From the human T2T-CHM13v2.0 reference genome, Homo sapiens, in assembly GCF_009914755.1 (NCBI RefSeq), contig NC_060935.1: a stretch of 64,000 bases of DNA; one strand, given 5' to 3'. Under the pieces are notes generated by a model, which made no database searches, was not told the DNA's origin, and was given only the letters and a program-made list of their open reading frames with translations. Below are positions 41,801 to 54,727 of this stretch, in pieces; the stretch's first letter is position 1; every line of letters begins with the position of its first letter. A program made the position numbers and the translations under genes.

Positions 41801-42113
41801 TCGATAGAGTATCAAGTAAACAAAATAGATAACAAATAAGAGAGAAAATAAGAAAATAAGGTATAAATTTTGGGGATTTTATACCTGTCCAAGAGCACAT
41901 CCAGAAAGAGAAAGAAAGGGTGAATTGGAGAGGAAAATAAAATTTTAAAGACTGAGGAAAATTTTCCAGAATATGAGTTTCCAAATGAAAAAGCCACTAA
42001 CTGTCTGGCACAGTAAGTAAAAAGTTATCTACACCAAGGCATGTAATAAAAAAAATTCAGAGTACTATGTAGAGAAAAAGGAAGATCGTAAAAAGTTCCA
42101 AAATTCAATCAGT

Positions 42114-42172
42114 CACACACACCTCAAACACACACACACAAACACACAAATGTGCACAGACACACACACACA
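42114..42172 (+). repeat. Imperfect (CA)n tract
   Basis: Direct observation. Confidence 0.85.
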
Positions 42173-42722
42173 TACCTTACAGGAAACTTTTTAAAAAATC
42201 AAACAGCAGGTAGCAGATATTGCAGCTGTTTTTTTCAAATCTGTCACTGAAAACCACTGTATCTAGCCTGATTCACAATCCAGTATGACAGAATAATAAT
42301 TATGTCTTTATATATGCATGGCATTCAAGTATTATGGAGTAAAGAATTTAAAGAAGTTTCATGTATTTTTTTTCTCAGATGGATATTTGTCACCCAAAGC
42401 ATAAACTTCCCAGAATCCAGGAAGCAGGAGATATGACAAAAATGAGAGACAAATGGCATTTCTAGATGGTAATTATGATGGGGTCAAGATTGACAGTTAT
42501 TTAACAGGCCTAGAAATTAGCCAATACAGATTGAGGCAGGGAACACACAGGTTCAGGAAAAATGTTTCTGAGAATGAAAAGGGCCACTGAGTTACAGGAG
42601 CCGCAGAGAGAGTCTCAGGCCAGGCCACCAGGAGCTCCGCAAATGAATGAGAAACCCTAATTGACTTACCAGGGTTGAAGTATTTCCTGTTTGAAGGACA
42701 GAAGAGCGATAGCTACTGGTAA

Positions 42723-43450
42723 TGTAATTGCCAGTGGGTTCTTTCTGCGCACTGCACAGACAAGATGCATTGACACCATGGCATTGTAGTAGAGAGTTTA
42801 ATTGACACGAGACTGGCCACACAGGAGAATCAGGCATTTTACTCAAATCAGTCTTCCCAAAGGCTTTGAGCTCAGGGTTTTTATGTACAATTTCATGGGT
42901 AGGAGGCTAGGCAGTGAATGCTGCTGATTGGTTGGAAATGAAATCATAGGGGCATGGAAAAAAATCCTTATGTGCTGAGTCTGCCTCTGCGTAAGGCCAC
43001 AGGACCAGTTGAGTCATGAATCATGGGCCTGAGTTGGGTCAGTCTGAAAAATATTTAAAAAAAAAACTTGGCTGTTACAATAGTGATGTTATCAATAGAA
43101 GCAATTAAGGAAGTCATAAATCTTGTGACCTTTGGCGACATGACTCCTGAGCAGTAAGAGATTATAGAAACTACAGAAACATTTTAGCAGAGTTTGGGTC
43201 CCTTCCATGATCTCATTCTTGTGGTCTTTTCTTAATCTTACAAAGGTGGTTTTCAGTCCCTGAGCAAGGAGGGAGTTAGTTTTAGGGGGAGACTATTATC
43301 ATTTTTGCTTTCAAGTTAAACTATAATCTAAATCCTTCACAAAGTTAGATTGGCCTATGCCAAGAATGGGCAAGGAAAGCTTGGAAGTCAGAAGCAAGAT
43401 AAGATGTCAGATTTCACTAATTGTCATAGTTTTCCAAGGCAATATTAATC
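42723..43450 (-). mobile_element. LTR8A-like ERV1 solo LTR
   Basis: TGTAATTGCCAGTGGGTTCTT...GAGTTTAATTGACAC...TTACTCAAATCAGTCT...CTGAGCAAGGAGGG...AAGTTAAACTATAA. Confidence 0.85.
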
Positions 43451-45364
43451 AGGTTTCTACATAACTCATGGTTACTATTACACAAGAATGGATATTTCAA
43501 AAACCAGAATGAGGAAATGTGAATGGAGGACTTTTTAATATTCAAAAGATCCCAGAGAAACTATGAGACCTGCCCTATCCCTATAGAGTGGGTTTCAATG
43601 ACCAGTGGGAGAAAATAAAGTTAATTTCTACATCCTACAACTCCCACTATTTAATGTAAAGAGTACAGAATAATTTTCATGGGCTAAAAAGACTTTTGCA
43701 AGGACCTTGATACATTTTGGGGTTGCTGGACAGAAGCTAGAAAACTACGTCTGGGTCATTGGGAGGAAATGAAGTAGGCATTCTATTTGATGCCAGATTT
43801 TGGAGAAACTGCTGCCATACTTCATAAAAGGGCTGTATCCCTTTTACCATCTTTACTTTTGAAAAGTTTTGAAATAAAGGGAACAGAATTGAAATAAGGC
43901 TACATCATGATAATCTCAAAAGGACTCTCCATCATCACCACTCACCCCTCACTCCTGAAACAACTAATACAAGTTTGAAACAAAACAAAACAAAACAAAA
44001 CACTTTTTAATACATTGTGTAGCCAACTTGGAAATTTATTACCCCAAGAGGAGCTCCAATTTTAAAGTAGCAGTTAGAGATTTCTGTTGTTTGGGGTTTT
44101 GTTTTGTTTTTTTCCTTTATCTAGCCATAAGAGGTGATACAGGTAAGTAGAATATTCTGGGGACCAAAAAGTTGATGTCATGATTATAATGATCCTTCCA
44201 TATATACTTCTCTTGATACCATTTCCTGCATTATTAGATAAGAGATCCAAATAGGGCTGTATGATTGGTGTCCATATTAACACACATAATGAAGCAGAAC
44301 TTTCATAGAAGATACAGAGGACTTTAAATTATTTGAACAGCCACATATTCCCTTACTTATTCAACAGAAATATTGGGTATTTACTATGTGTCAAGCACCC
44401 TGCTAACCACTAGTAAAAATATAAAGTTTATATAAGCTTGGGATTTTGTTAAGACTAGCAATGTTGACATAAATTGAAATATAGAGAAATATAAAAGACA
44501 TATACTTGAAAACCAACTAGTGGATGAAATAAAATGATAAATGACACATAGTTACATAAATACTATACTTAAATATTTATATTATACATACAACTTCCCT
44601 TTCATTCTCACCAGAGTCAATCAGTAGATCTGAAGAAAATCCTACAGGGAGACCTAGCCTTCTCTGCCTTGAGGACACGTAGATCTTTCTCCAGAAAAAG
44701 ATGATCTCACATCTGCAATTGCGACCCTCTTCTGATGCCTCTTGGAAGTGCAGACATTCAACAATTACAATGCGGATTACGTAAACCTAAATGAAACCTT
44801 TTGAAAAACTTCTAAAATATATTTCCAGGAGACAATTAAGGGAAAGACATAATAATCTCTTCAGCCCTGCCTACAGCCAGAAAGATTTCCTTGAGTTTCT
44901 TTATAGCCCTTTCTTATGATGTTCATGGCGCTTCTCTTCTCTACATCTGAAGCGTTCTTTAATGTTTGCTCTTGTCTATTTCTGTTGCTTCAATGCCATT
45001 TCAAACTACCCCTTCATGTGAATTACCACAATAGCCTCTTATTAGCCTCCAACTACTAGTCCCCTCATACTGCTTTCATTAAGTCAAGTGAATAGTCTAA
45101 ACATTAGAAAAAATATCAAAAATGATAAGATAATTTCTGATCGTATCATTCCACTACTGAAATTGACTGGTCTATTTAATTAAACCTATCTTCGCAGGTG
45201 GTCTTCAAAGCTCTAGGATTAAGATATCAGCTCTATCTAATTCCCTACTACTTCGATAACAATATTCTCTGTTGCAACTACTAACAACTCAGTGTTTATT
45301 GAACATACTGAACTCTCCTTACCATTAATAGCCTTCTCTCCAATTAGAATTTCTTTAATCCTAC

Positions 45365-45697
45365 TGTGACAGATTGTATTTCCCAAAGATGGCCTCAACA
45401 TCCTATATGCTTTTCTGCAATGTGTTCTTGCAACTCCTCCACCGAGCAGTGGAGTCTATTTCATCACATCCTAGAACATAGACAATTTTTAACAGCTTTG
45501 ACAAATATAATATGACAAAAATGATTCTGTGCCAATTTCACGCATAGGATGTAATTGTCCCAGCAACATCTGCTTTCTGCCTTTTGGTACCCAGCTTCCA
45601 TGTAAGAAGCATAGAAATGTAATTACCCTGGGATTGTCATGTTGTGAAAAGGTGCTAGAAGATGCAGAGTTATGTGATGGGAGGTTGGGGTGGGGGA

Positions 45698-45756
<59 letters not shown>

Positions 45757-45975
45757 CCAAGGATAACCAAAGCACCAGACATATGAGTGAAGAAGTGAAG
45801 AAATCCTCTTAGAAATGGATCCTCCTGACCCTGCTGATGCCCCGTTGGATGGAGCAGAGACAATCACACAGTTGAGCCCTTTTTGAACTCCTGACCCATA
45901 AGATGACAGGAAACATAAGATGGCTGATTGAAACTACTAAGTTTTAGGGTAGTTTGCTGTGCAGTAATAGATAAT
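45365..45975 (+). mobile_element. MLT1H-like MaLR LTR containing (GA)n at 45697-45756
   Basis: TGTGACAGATTGTATTTCCCAAAGATGGCC...GGAGTCTATTTC...ACTAAGTTTTAGGGTAGTTTGCTGTGCAGTAATAGATAA. Confidence 0.85.
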
Positions 45976-46369
45976 TTTTAAAAATGCATTCAACTTTACT
46001 TTTCACCAAACGTGCTTTCACCAAAGGCATCAGTAACAACCTAAACTAGAAGTCAGATATCTTTCTGTTCCCCACTCACTAAACTTCTTTGCAGTCTCTT
46101 TCACCCTTCACATTCCTGTTTGTAAATATTATCCTGGAGCTGTTGGTACCTCTGGTCTATCAGTTTTCATAATCTGTTGCTGAGTCCCACCAACTCCTCA
46201 ACCTCTCAAGGTTTATCCTCAGAATTATCTTTTGATGATCCCCAATCTTGTCTTCATGCAACCATGGCAAAAGCCACATGAGATAGATCCATAAGATGAT
46301 GCAGTCAGAAAATATATTTCCACACTCAAAATCAGAAAGCTGCTTCTTCATTCCTATTTTTGAAATGGA

Positions 46370-46664
46370 TCTAGCACCTTTTCACAACATGACAATCCCA
46401 GGGTAATTACATTTCTATGCTTCTTACATGGAAGCTGGGTACCAAAAGGCAGAAAGCAGATGTTGCTGGGACAATTACATCCTATGCGTGAAATTGGCAC
46501 AGAATCATTTTTGTCATATTATATTTGTCAAAGCTGTTAAAAATTGTCTATGTTCTAGGATGTGATGAAATAGACTCCACTGCTCGGTGGAGGAGTTGCA
46601 AGAACACATTGCAGAAAAGCATATAGGATGTTGAGGCCATCTTTGGGAAATACAATCTGTCACA
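46370..46664 (-). mobile_element. Duplicated 5' half of the MLT1H LTR (part of the inverted copy)
   Basis: Identical to the reverse complement of 45365-45659. Confidence 0.85.
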
Positions 46665-47559
46665 GTAGGATTAAAGAAATTCTAACTGGAGAGAAGGCTA
46701 TTAATGGTAAGGAGAGTTCAGTATGTTCAATAAACACTGAGTTGTTAGTAGTTGCAACAGAGAATATTGTTATCGAAGTAGTAGGGAATTAGATAGAGCT
46801 GATATCTTAATCCTTGAATACTAACATTTGTCTTGAACCAATTTTCTCATTGGCATTCTTGTTTTTAATAAAACAGGTAATTTAAGTAACAAGTATAAAT
46901 ATTTTATCTCATTCCACTCAACCAAACTATTTTCATTTTAAATGAAAAAGTATAATCCATAAATATATATATTGTCCCTCTAGATTTGATCCTGGTGCAA
47001 AAAAGAAAAGGAAAGAAAAAAGTTACATACCATTTCTGTGTATCCTGATGTCCATTTTTAAATTTTAATAGATTATTGATATGATTTTGTTATCAGATTT
47101 TATCTCTAATCATACATTAACTTTTTATTTCATATTATATTTAAAACAGTCTCCATTAATTTTTTTTTCTTTTTACTTTCTGTAGGAATAATAGGTGTTC
47201 TGTTTTGTGCCTCTATATGTTCTCTCTCAACTGTTATAGCGTTTATTAGTGGGTGATTACAGCAGGCACTCTGGAGGCAAAATTGCCTGGTCTCGAATCT
47301 TTTCTTTACCCTTCAGTTGTTTGATGGCTTTGAACAAATTGTTTAATCTTTTGCTTATAGATCATAAACTCATAGACTACAGAAAATCAAGTTTATTCAT
47401 CCGATGAAAAATTGACATTCCATAAATATCTGTGAAATGAATGACTTTATTAACGCTTTAAAACCCTGCTTTAATGCCATTGCATTCATAAAACTTTCCC
47501 TCTTATCTCTAAAAACTACTCCTTTTATTTTCAAAAACTCATGGGACTTTGTTAATCTC

Positions 47560-47735
47560 TCTTGTATAATTATATTGTATCATATATTACAATTACATAC
47601 ATCTCTCTTATTCACATAATATAGTGAAAGCTCTTTGAGAACAGAAACTGTGACATCCTTTCATTCTTCACAGAATCTAGCATAGGGCCTTACATTAATT
47701 GCTGAGTGAATATTTATCACATAAATTAATGAATT
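47560..47735 (+). mobile_element. L2 3' end
   Basis: GAAAGCTCTTTGAGAACAGAAACTGTG...CTAGCATAGGGCCTTACA. Confidence 0.55.
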
Positions 47736-47768
47736 TTTGATTCATGCCTTTTTAAAAATTATTTCTTA

Positions 47769-47896
47769 TTTTTAAAAATAGAGAGGAGGTCTTGTTATGT
47801 TGCCCAGGCTTGTTTCAAACTCCTGGACTGAAGCAATCTGCCCACCTCAGCCTCCCAAAGTGTTGGGATTACAAGTGTGAGCCACCACGCCCAGCC
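47769..47896 (-). mobile_element. FLAM_C / Alu left monomer
   Basis: TATGTTGCCCAGGCT...CTCAGCCTCCCAAAGTGTTGGGATTACAAGTGTGAGCCACCACGCCCAGCC. Confidence 0.9.
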
Positions 47897-49267
47897 CCAT
47901 TTTCTTTATGTGAAATAATTGGTTCCAATCAACATATTCCAAGTTATTTATAGTTTTTATCTCAATATATTTATATTCTTCATAAAGCACTTTTTAAAAG
48001 TTATTTTATTGGTTACTTTTATTTTGTTTCCTTTTTATTTTATATTATCTTTATTCAGTATAGTATATTAACTATTTGAAATAAGAGCTATTTTTCTTAC
48101 ACATGTGCCTGCATTTAATATGAAATAATATCATCTCTCACTAGACCATGACTAATGAATAAAATCAATTTAATTCAAGGAAATAGCATAGATTGATTAT
48201 ACTTCTATAGTGCTAAATTCATATAGACTCCTAAGTAAATACCAAGTGTATACATGCATCCTTTAAGAATTTAATTAATTATATTAAACATAACATTCTA
48301 TGTTTTTATCTTAGCTTTGTTTTTAGCGGCAAATTTTTCTTCTAGTCAGAGTCCTACTTCTGCTACTTCACTCTTTGCTTGGATGCAGTTGCAGACTGTT
48401 GTCTGCAGCTGTTGCTCATTAACTAAAATCTGCAGTAGAACTTTTTCCTTTTTCCCAAGTGGTGGTGTTTTGATCATAGCATTCCCTAGAGCACAAAATG
48501 AATGCATATGTATGGACCATATAATGAATGGCCTTCTTGGTAATAAATAAAAAATTTAAGAGCTGTTTACATTTTTATAAATCCAGAAACAAACTAATTT
48601 TTGAAAAAAAAATGCACATTAATGTATTCATTTGCTCAGAATGCATCAATTTACCAAGTATATGTTAAGCGTATATTGAACTAGTGTAAGGTATAGAAGA
48701 ATACATCAAATATAGTGATAAACTATTTTAATTCTTATAAGACACACATTTACTTTCATAAGCTCACAAAGTAACCAACATGGTCCATCTGTTTATTTAT
48801 CTGTCAATCTATCTGGCTAGCTAGCTGATAACTAGGAATAAAACCAAACCAAACCAGGACTCAGCCTTTTTTTGCTGTACTCTATTCATGACCCAGTCTT
48901 TCCTCTCTGTATCTTCATCTCTAGCAGAGACAGGTTTATTTTCCTTAGTAGTCTCATTACTGCTTGTCATGTTGCTGAATCAGTAAAACCACATTAAAAG
49001 TTGTTTCATAACCTAAGAATCTTGAACAGGCTGGTCTGTTAGCCTGATCTGTCCTTTGCTGAACTTTCTTCTCTTTCAAGAAAGGCATTTAACAGAATTC
49101 CAGGCAAAAGTCCTACCAACATTCTTATCAATGATCTTATGCAATAGCAGGGAAACAATTAATGTAGCAGTCTATTTCATTCAGTTCTTAATTATCACTG
49201 CAGCCATGGTGATGATCCTTGGTCAAGTCCTCAAAACAAAACTATTGGAATGTTCACATAGTTACTA

Positions 49268-49677
49268 TGTAGTGATGTTATTCTATATGTGTAGAAACAG
49301 TGGGTCAAGATGAAGGAGGTTGTCAGCACATTGAGAACAAACATGAAGATTCATAATACACACCTGTTTTGGGGTCTGCACTATGGCTGGTCATGTGGTA
49401 GCTGTGTGACCAGCTACCTTTAAAAGGTTTTACTGGGCAAGGGCATCTCTCACTTCTTCCTGCAATTCAAAGCTGAGGAGAAAGATGTGTCTGTGCAATC
49501 CATGCAGAGGAAGGACAAGAAAGCCACTATATGATTTGTCTATGTATAGCTTTTTCCTGCTGTTCTTGCCGTGTACTCTTTGCTGTAATAAATCTTAGCC
49601 ATGAGTATAATTTTGTGTTGAGTTATATGAGTCCTTTCAGAAATTCACCAAAGTAGTAGGTGAAACTGCCAAGGCAG
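49268..49677 (+). mobile_element. MER21/MER77-group LTR
   Basis: CTTTGCTGTAATAAATCTTAGCCATGAGTATAA...TGAGTCCTTT..GAAATTCACCAAA. Confidence 0.6.
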
Positions 49678-50029
49678 CAATAGTTGTTTTTTACACATGT
49701 ATTTTTTTAACGTTCCATTTTAATTCCATGTGACTGGACATTTTTAATATTTTAAGATATTAAAAAACTAAGCATATTGAAGATCTATATCTTTTTACCC
49801 CAATAGTTGGATGCAATTTTATAATAATTGCTACCATTTTCATTTAAAAAAAATTTTTACTCTTTTTCTAAATCAGTCTCTCTTAGCCTATAACAACATT
49901 TATTTGTAATGAATAAAGGTACTTTGATATAAAGTAACTTTTATCAAAGGTGCTTTAAGCCTACTGATACCTATGGGAAAATGATTCATTAAAATATTAA
50001 TGGACTAATGTAATACTTTGTAATTTTTC

Positions 50030-50235
50030 CTGAGGTGTAATAGGAACAGTATGGACTTAGAGTCACTTTCTCAACACAGAGTTAAACCCTATCTCTGTCT
50101 CTTTCAAGCCGTGTCGTTTTGACAAGTGCTGTAGGAAAAACATCACCTACCTCATAAAGTTGTTTTGAAGATTAAAGTAGACCATGTATAAAATATACTG
50201 CTCAAAGTACACCATACATGTAGATCACTAAGATA
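50030..50235 (+). mobile_element. MIR SINE
   Basis: CACCTACCTCATAAAGTTGTTTTGAAGATTAAA. Confidence 0.6.
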
Positions 50236-50279
50236 AAATTCTCCAAAACATTCATAAATTTAGAAAGTCTAAATAACTT

Positions 50280-50825
50280 GTTTTCTAATGCTATCGTAGA
50301 TTTTAAAATTTTAACTTTTTTTCCTGTTTTCTGCTAGTATATAAAAATACAGTTGGTTTTGGCATATTAACCTTATCTGTAGTGACTATGTTTAGTCCAT
50401 TTATTAGGCCTAGTAGCTGTTTTTAGATAGTTTAAGATTTTTTTACATAAACAGACTTCTAGTATGATGTTGAATAGAAGTGGTGATAATGGTAATCATT
50501 GATTTGTTTCTGATCTCATTGGGAAAGAGTTCAATAATTTGCCATTAAGTACACAGTCAACTGCAGGTTTTTCATAGGTTCCCTTTATCAGATTGAAGAA
50601 ATTCCCCTCCAATCTTACTCTACGCAAAATTCTTCTTAGGTATCAGTATTGAATTTTGTCAATTGCTTTTTATGCATCTATTAGGATAATCATATGGCTT
50701 ATCTTTTCTATTCTATTAATATGATGAATTATACTGATTGATTTTTGAGAGTTAAAACAGCTTTTTGTTCTTTAGATAAAGCCTCCTGGGAATGATGTAT
50801 TATCCTTTTCATATATTACTGCTGA
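50280..50825 (-). mobile_element. Old L1M ORF2 (RT) fragment
   Basis: ATGTTGAATAGAAGTGGTGA...CCCTTTATCAGATTGAAGAAATTCCC...TTGAATTTTGTCAA. Confidence 0.8.
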
Positions 50826-51589
50826 AAATTTACACGAGACGGATTTTCTTTTGGATAAAGCTATTTCACAAGTATATGTATTTGCTGCAGATTATATGTT
50901 AATTTCAAGCTTGAGATAACTCATTGTCCCTCATGTAACCTCTTTTTTTTTTTTTTTTTCTTCTTAAATCCCACTGACATTTTGTCTACAACATGGATTT
51001 GTTTCTGTCAGGTAACTTAAGAACTTCCATATATAACTTTCTACATGCATAGAAAACTTCACTTTGAAATTGTTTGTGTTGACATCAGGGAATTAAATTC
51101 ATTTCAGGTGCTATTGTAGGCCAAATTACAGGTTTTGAGTTTATAAAGATACCTCTGACTGAGTAATGCCACCTGATAATGTGGAGCTTTAAGAGCGTTG
51201 TTTGACTTTTTAATTGAGGTTATGGCTTATTTGTGTGCTTTACATTTTTTATTAATAATACAAATTATTTATTGTCATCTGATGATATAAGTAAACATAC
51301 ATTTCACTTACACATTTTAATCAACTTACATGATGAGCCAAATATCGTTAATTACTTAATAAAAAAAAACCTAACCAAAACATAAATTTTCACTAAAGAT
51401 ATAAGATTATATTCTGGTTATTCAAAAAGAAATGTTTCTTTGGATTCATTATTAACCAAAATTGGATAGGCTATTCATCAAGCATGTATTGAACGTATAT
51501 TATATATAACACAATGGAATGAGACCTCTAAGGAAATAAACAATGGAAAAAAATTAAAGCACACCTTAAGGTGTTACGTTTTGTTTTGC

Positions 51590-51890
51590 TTTTAATTAAT
51601 TATTTTTCCAGAGCAGTTTTAGGTTTACAATAAAATCAAGCAGAAGGCACAGGATTTTCCATACAACCTTGGTACCTATGCATGCTTAGCCTTTCCCATT
51701 ATCAATATCCCCCACCAGAGTGGTCCATTTGTTATAATCCATGAATCAACATTGAAACATTATATCCCCCAGACTCCATAGTTCACATTAGGGTTGACTC
51801 TTGATGTTGTGCATTCTGTGAGTTGGGACAAATGGTGGACATGTAGCCACCATTCTAGTTCCATACAGAATAGTTCACTCTCCTAACAGT
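51590..51890 (-). mobile_element. L1MC1-like 3' end
   Basis: AGAGCAGTTTTAGGTTTACA...CCCCACCAGAGTGGTCCATTTGTTA...CATTAGGGTTGACTCTTG. Confidence 0.85.
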
Positions 51891-51987
51891 GTTTTTAACA
51901 CACCCATCTCAAAGTATAACTTCCAAATGGGTAAAAGCATGACTCATGAATATATAAAATGTACACATGTCAAAAATTGTATTCTAG

Positions 51988-52321
<334 letters not shown>

Positions 52322-53142
52322 TAATAAGAAGTTTTAATTGATATAAAGAACATTTGAAAAGTAATTATTTGTAAGTAATATTATTTGAGATCACCAGGTT
52401 AGAGACAAAACTCATAGAAAGGGATATAAAATTTTGGAATTGTATATCGTACAAGAGAGAAATTAATTTCATCTTTCTAAAAAAGTCTACAAGTTAAAGT
52501 CTAATTTTTAAAAAATCAGTTTAAAAGTCTAACTTCCCTTTCTTAAGTCTTAGACCTTGGGTAAATAGTGAGGTAATCATGTACATTCCCATAAATGATG
52601 TTTTGCTTTCATGGGACACTGAAAAAATGTGCTATTCACATTTTTTCTTATTTTCAAGGTTTAGATAATTTTTCTAACATAGATAAAAGCAATGTATACA
52701 TATTATAGTTACATAGTACTTTACTCTGAAAAGCATTTAAAGTGAAGTTTTATGAAATGTTCAGAAAAGGAAAATACATTTCAACTTGGCCTTCAGGGAT
52801 TCTCAGCTAGGAATTGGCAGAGATGGAAAGTGGATGGAGAAGAGATCAGAAAAAAAGGAGAGAGCTGATTTGAAGGCACAAAAGCCAGAAAGCATAGTTG
52901 TATTTTGCAATAGAAAGGACTCCAGTTTGCTTACATTGCTGGATGCATGGAAGAGAACAGCAGGCTATAAAGGCCGAGAAGATGGTTTGAGTCTGGATTG
53001 TGCCAGGCTAAAGGATTTTGACTTTTTTTGTTAGGCAATAGGGATCCCTAAAGCTTTTAGAGTCTGGATAAGGAAGATAGATCTGCTCAATAAGAAGGAT
53101 GAACTAACAATAGAGTCTTTTCTAGGATGCTACTGAAGGAAT

Positions 53143-53656
53143 TGAGAGACAGAATATACAAATGAGTGAAAGCCAGACCATATAGAAAAATAGAACCCTA
53201 ACCCACAATTTGCAGCTACCAGCACAGGATGCCAGCTTGCTACACATCTGACTTGTAGGAAGTCAGAATGTTATCTCTAATAATAAATCCAGGAAGCCAA
53301 ACAATAACTCCTATTACAATTGACCCCAAATGACCAGGCCTTGATTAATAACTGACAACTTTAATAATTTTTGTCCCTGCTTCCAACTTAGGACCAACTA
53401 GAGAAAGCCAGTTATACACCTCTAACCAATTCCATCGATGCTTCACTTCTAGTTAGCCACCCCACAACAACAGCCTCCAATCAGGGAATAATAGTTGAAG
53501 CCTTTCCTCTTCTCAACTATGAAGCTTCCCTACTTTTCTGCTGCACTTTGAGTCTGCCAAAATGCAAGCAATGATGGCTGATTCCTTTGCAATTAAAAAC
53601 TCTGAATAAATAAACTTTGCTTGTTCTCATTCAGATGGTCTTTGTTTACTTCCATA
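53143..53656 (+). mobile_element. MER89-like ERV1 solo LTR
   Basis: CTTCCAACTTAGGACCAACTAGAGAAAGCCA...CTCTGAATAAAT..CTTTGCTTGTTCTCATT; 4-bp flanks GAAT/AAAT. Confidence 0.7.
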
Positions 53657-54727
53657 AAATACACTACCATTAAAACTAAGGATTCTTTTTTAACTAACAG
53701 CTTTATCAAGACACATGAATCTGTCCAGTCAATATAAATTGGATCTCCTAGTGTGCCAGGCAGTGTCAGGCAGTAAAAATGTAAGCATATACACTCTTGC
53801 CCTCGGAAAGCCTTTACACTGTGTAGGATAGAAACAAGTAAATATACATCATACACTGTCAAATACAAAACTGAGCCCAAGTTAAAATTAACACAGGCTG
53901 ATTATTCATAAATGTGCAGGAAGAGAACCCATCTGTCATCACTTTCATTTCAGCAGAGGTACAAGGATGTTAGAAATGAGAGTAAATTTTACCTGGTAAA
54001 AAAGAAAAAAATGCTGAAAGCGTCTCTAATTGGTGAGCATTACATTAAAGTGGGATGTGGAAGCAGAGACTTATTCAGGTATATTTGAGATTAGTTGGTG
54101 TGCTGGAACTAGGTGAGCCGGCATTTTCAGAATATTTCAAAACAGGAAGTCTTATTCAATGTTAGAGACTGAAGATTTTCTGTGGCTGGCCATTTCCTGG
54201 AACAAGTCTAGCTGACGGGGTGCTTTTGTGTGGTGTGTCTGTCATAATGGTCCTTAATGGAGGCAGAGGAGCTGGTATGGCAGGAAGTTTCTCACCACAG
54301 TATACTAAGTAATGAGTTTCTGTTAGTTTTATGTAGAGAGATCTGAATTTACAGATGAGATAATGTTGGTACTGCTGGATTGGCATTACAAAAATATGAA
54401 ACTGCAAAAGTGGCTGCCCCCAAGATATCTGAAGACCAATTTATTTAAATTAAAAACAATTTATGGGCTTTTATGTGTGTGTGTGTGTATGTGTGTGTGT
54501 ATATATATATGTGAAATTTTCAAGAACACAGCCTACACATAAAGCAGTACTGCAGACTGTCAGTCTATAAGCTAAAATTTTGTTTATTTATATTGGCTAG
54601 TGCTAAAAAATGGAATTTTCATGCTGTTAACAGTGACCTGTTTCCCATAGTCACTACTGTTGACACATCCTTATACCAGTGTATTTCACATATCCACATT
54701 AACTAAAAAGGCTTTGGGCTTGCAAGT

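Larger units (their letters stand above)
39850..42560 (+). mobile_element. Very old L1M 5'/ORF1 fragments (patchy)
   Basis: A-rich ORF1-like blocks, e.g. GAAAATTTTCCAGAAT...TTTCCAAATGAAAAAGCC...ACACCAAGGCA. Confidence 0.5.
45215..46814. repeat. Inverted repeat: 445-bp arms (45215-45659, 46370-46814) and 710-bp spacer
   Basis: Base-by-base reverse-complement match with a single mismatch (45343 A vs 46686 C). Confidence 0.98.

Noticed and set aside
42618-42640. CTCF-like GGCCACCAGGAGCTCC
   Set aside because: The 3' half deviates from the core motif (GGGGCGC/GTGGCAG).
45215-46814. Inverted repeat as terminal inverted repeats of a DNA transposon
   Set aside because: The arms are made of local L2/MLT1H sequence, the left arm is contiguous with its context, and there is no TSD or transposase.
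49386-49418. Overlapping short hairpins (GCTGGTCA/TGACCAGC, GGTAGCTG/CAGCTACC)
   Set aside because: Only 8-bp stems inside an LTR; not distinguishable from element-intrinsic or chance structure.
49915-49956. Imperfect ~40-nt AT-rich hairpin (CTTTGATA...TATCAAAG)
   Set aside because: Too short and AT-rich to support a miRNA or MITE call.
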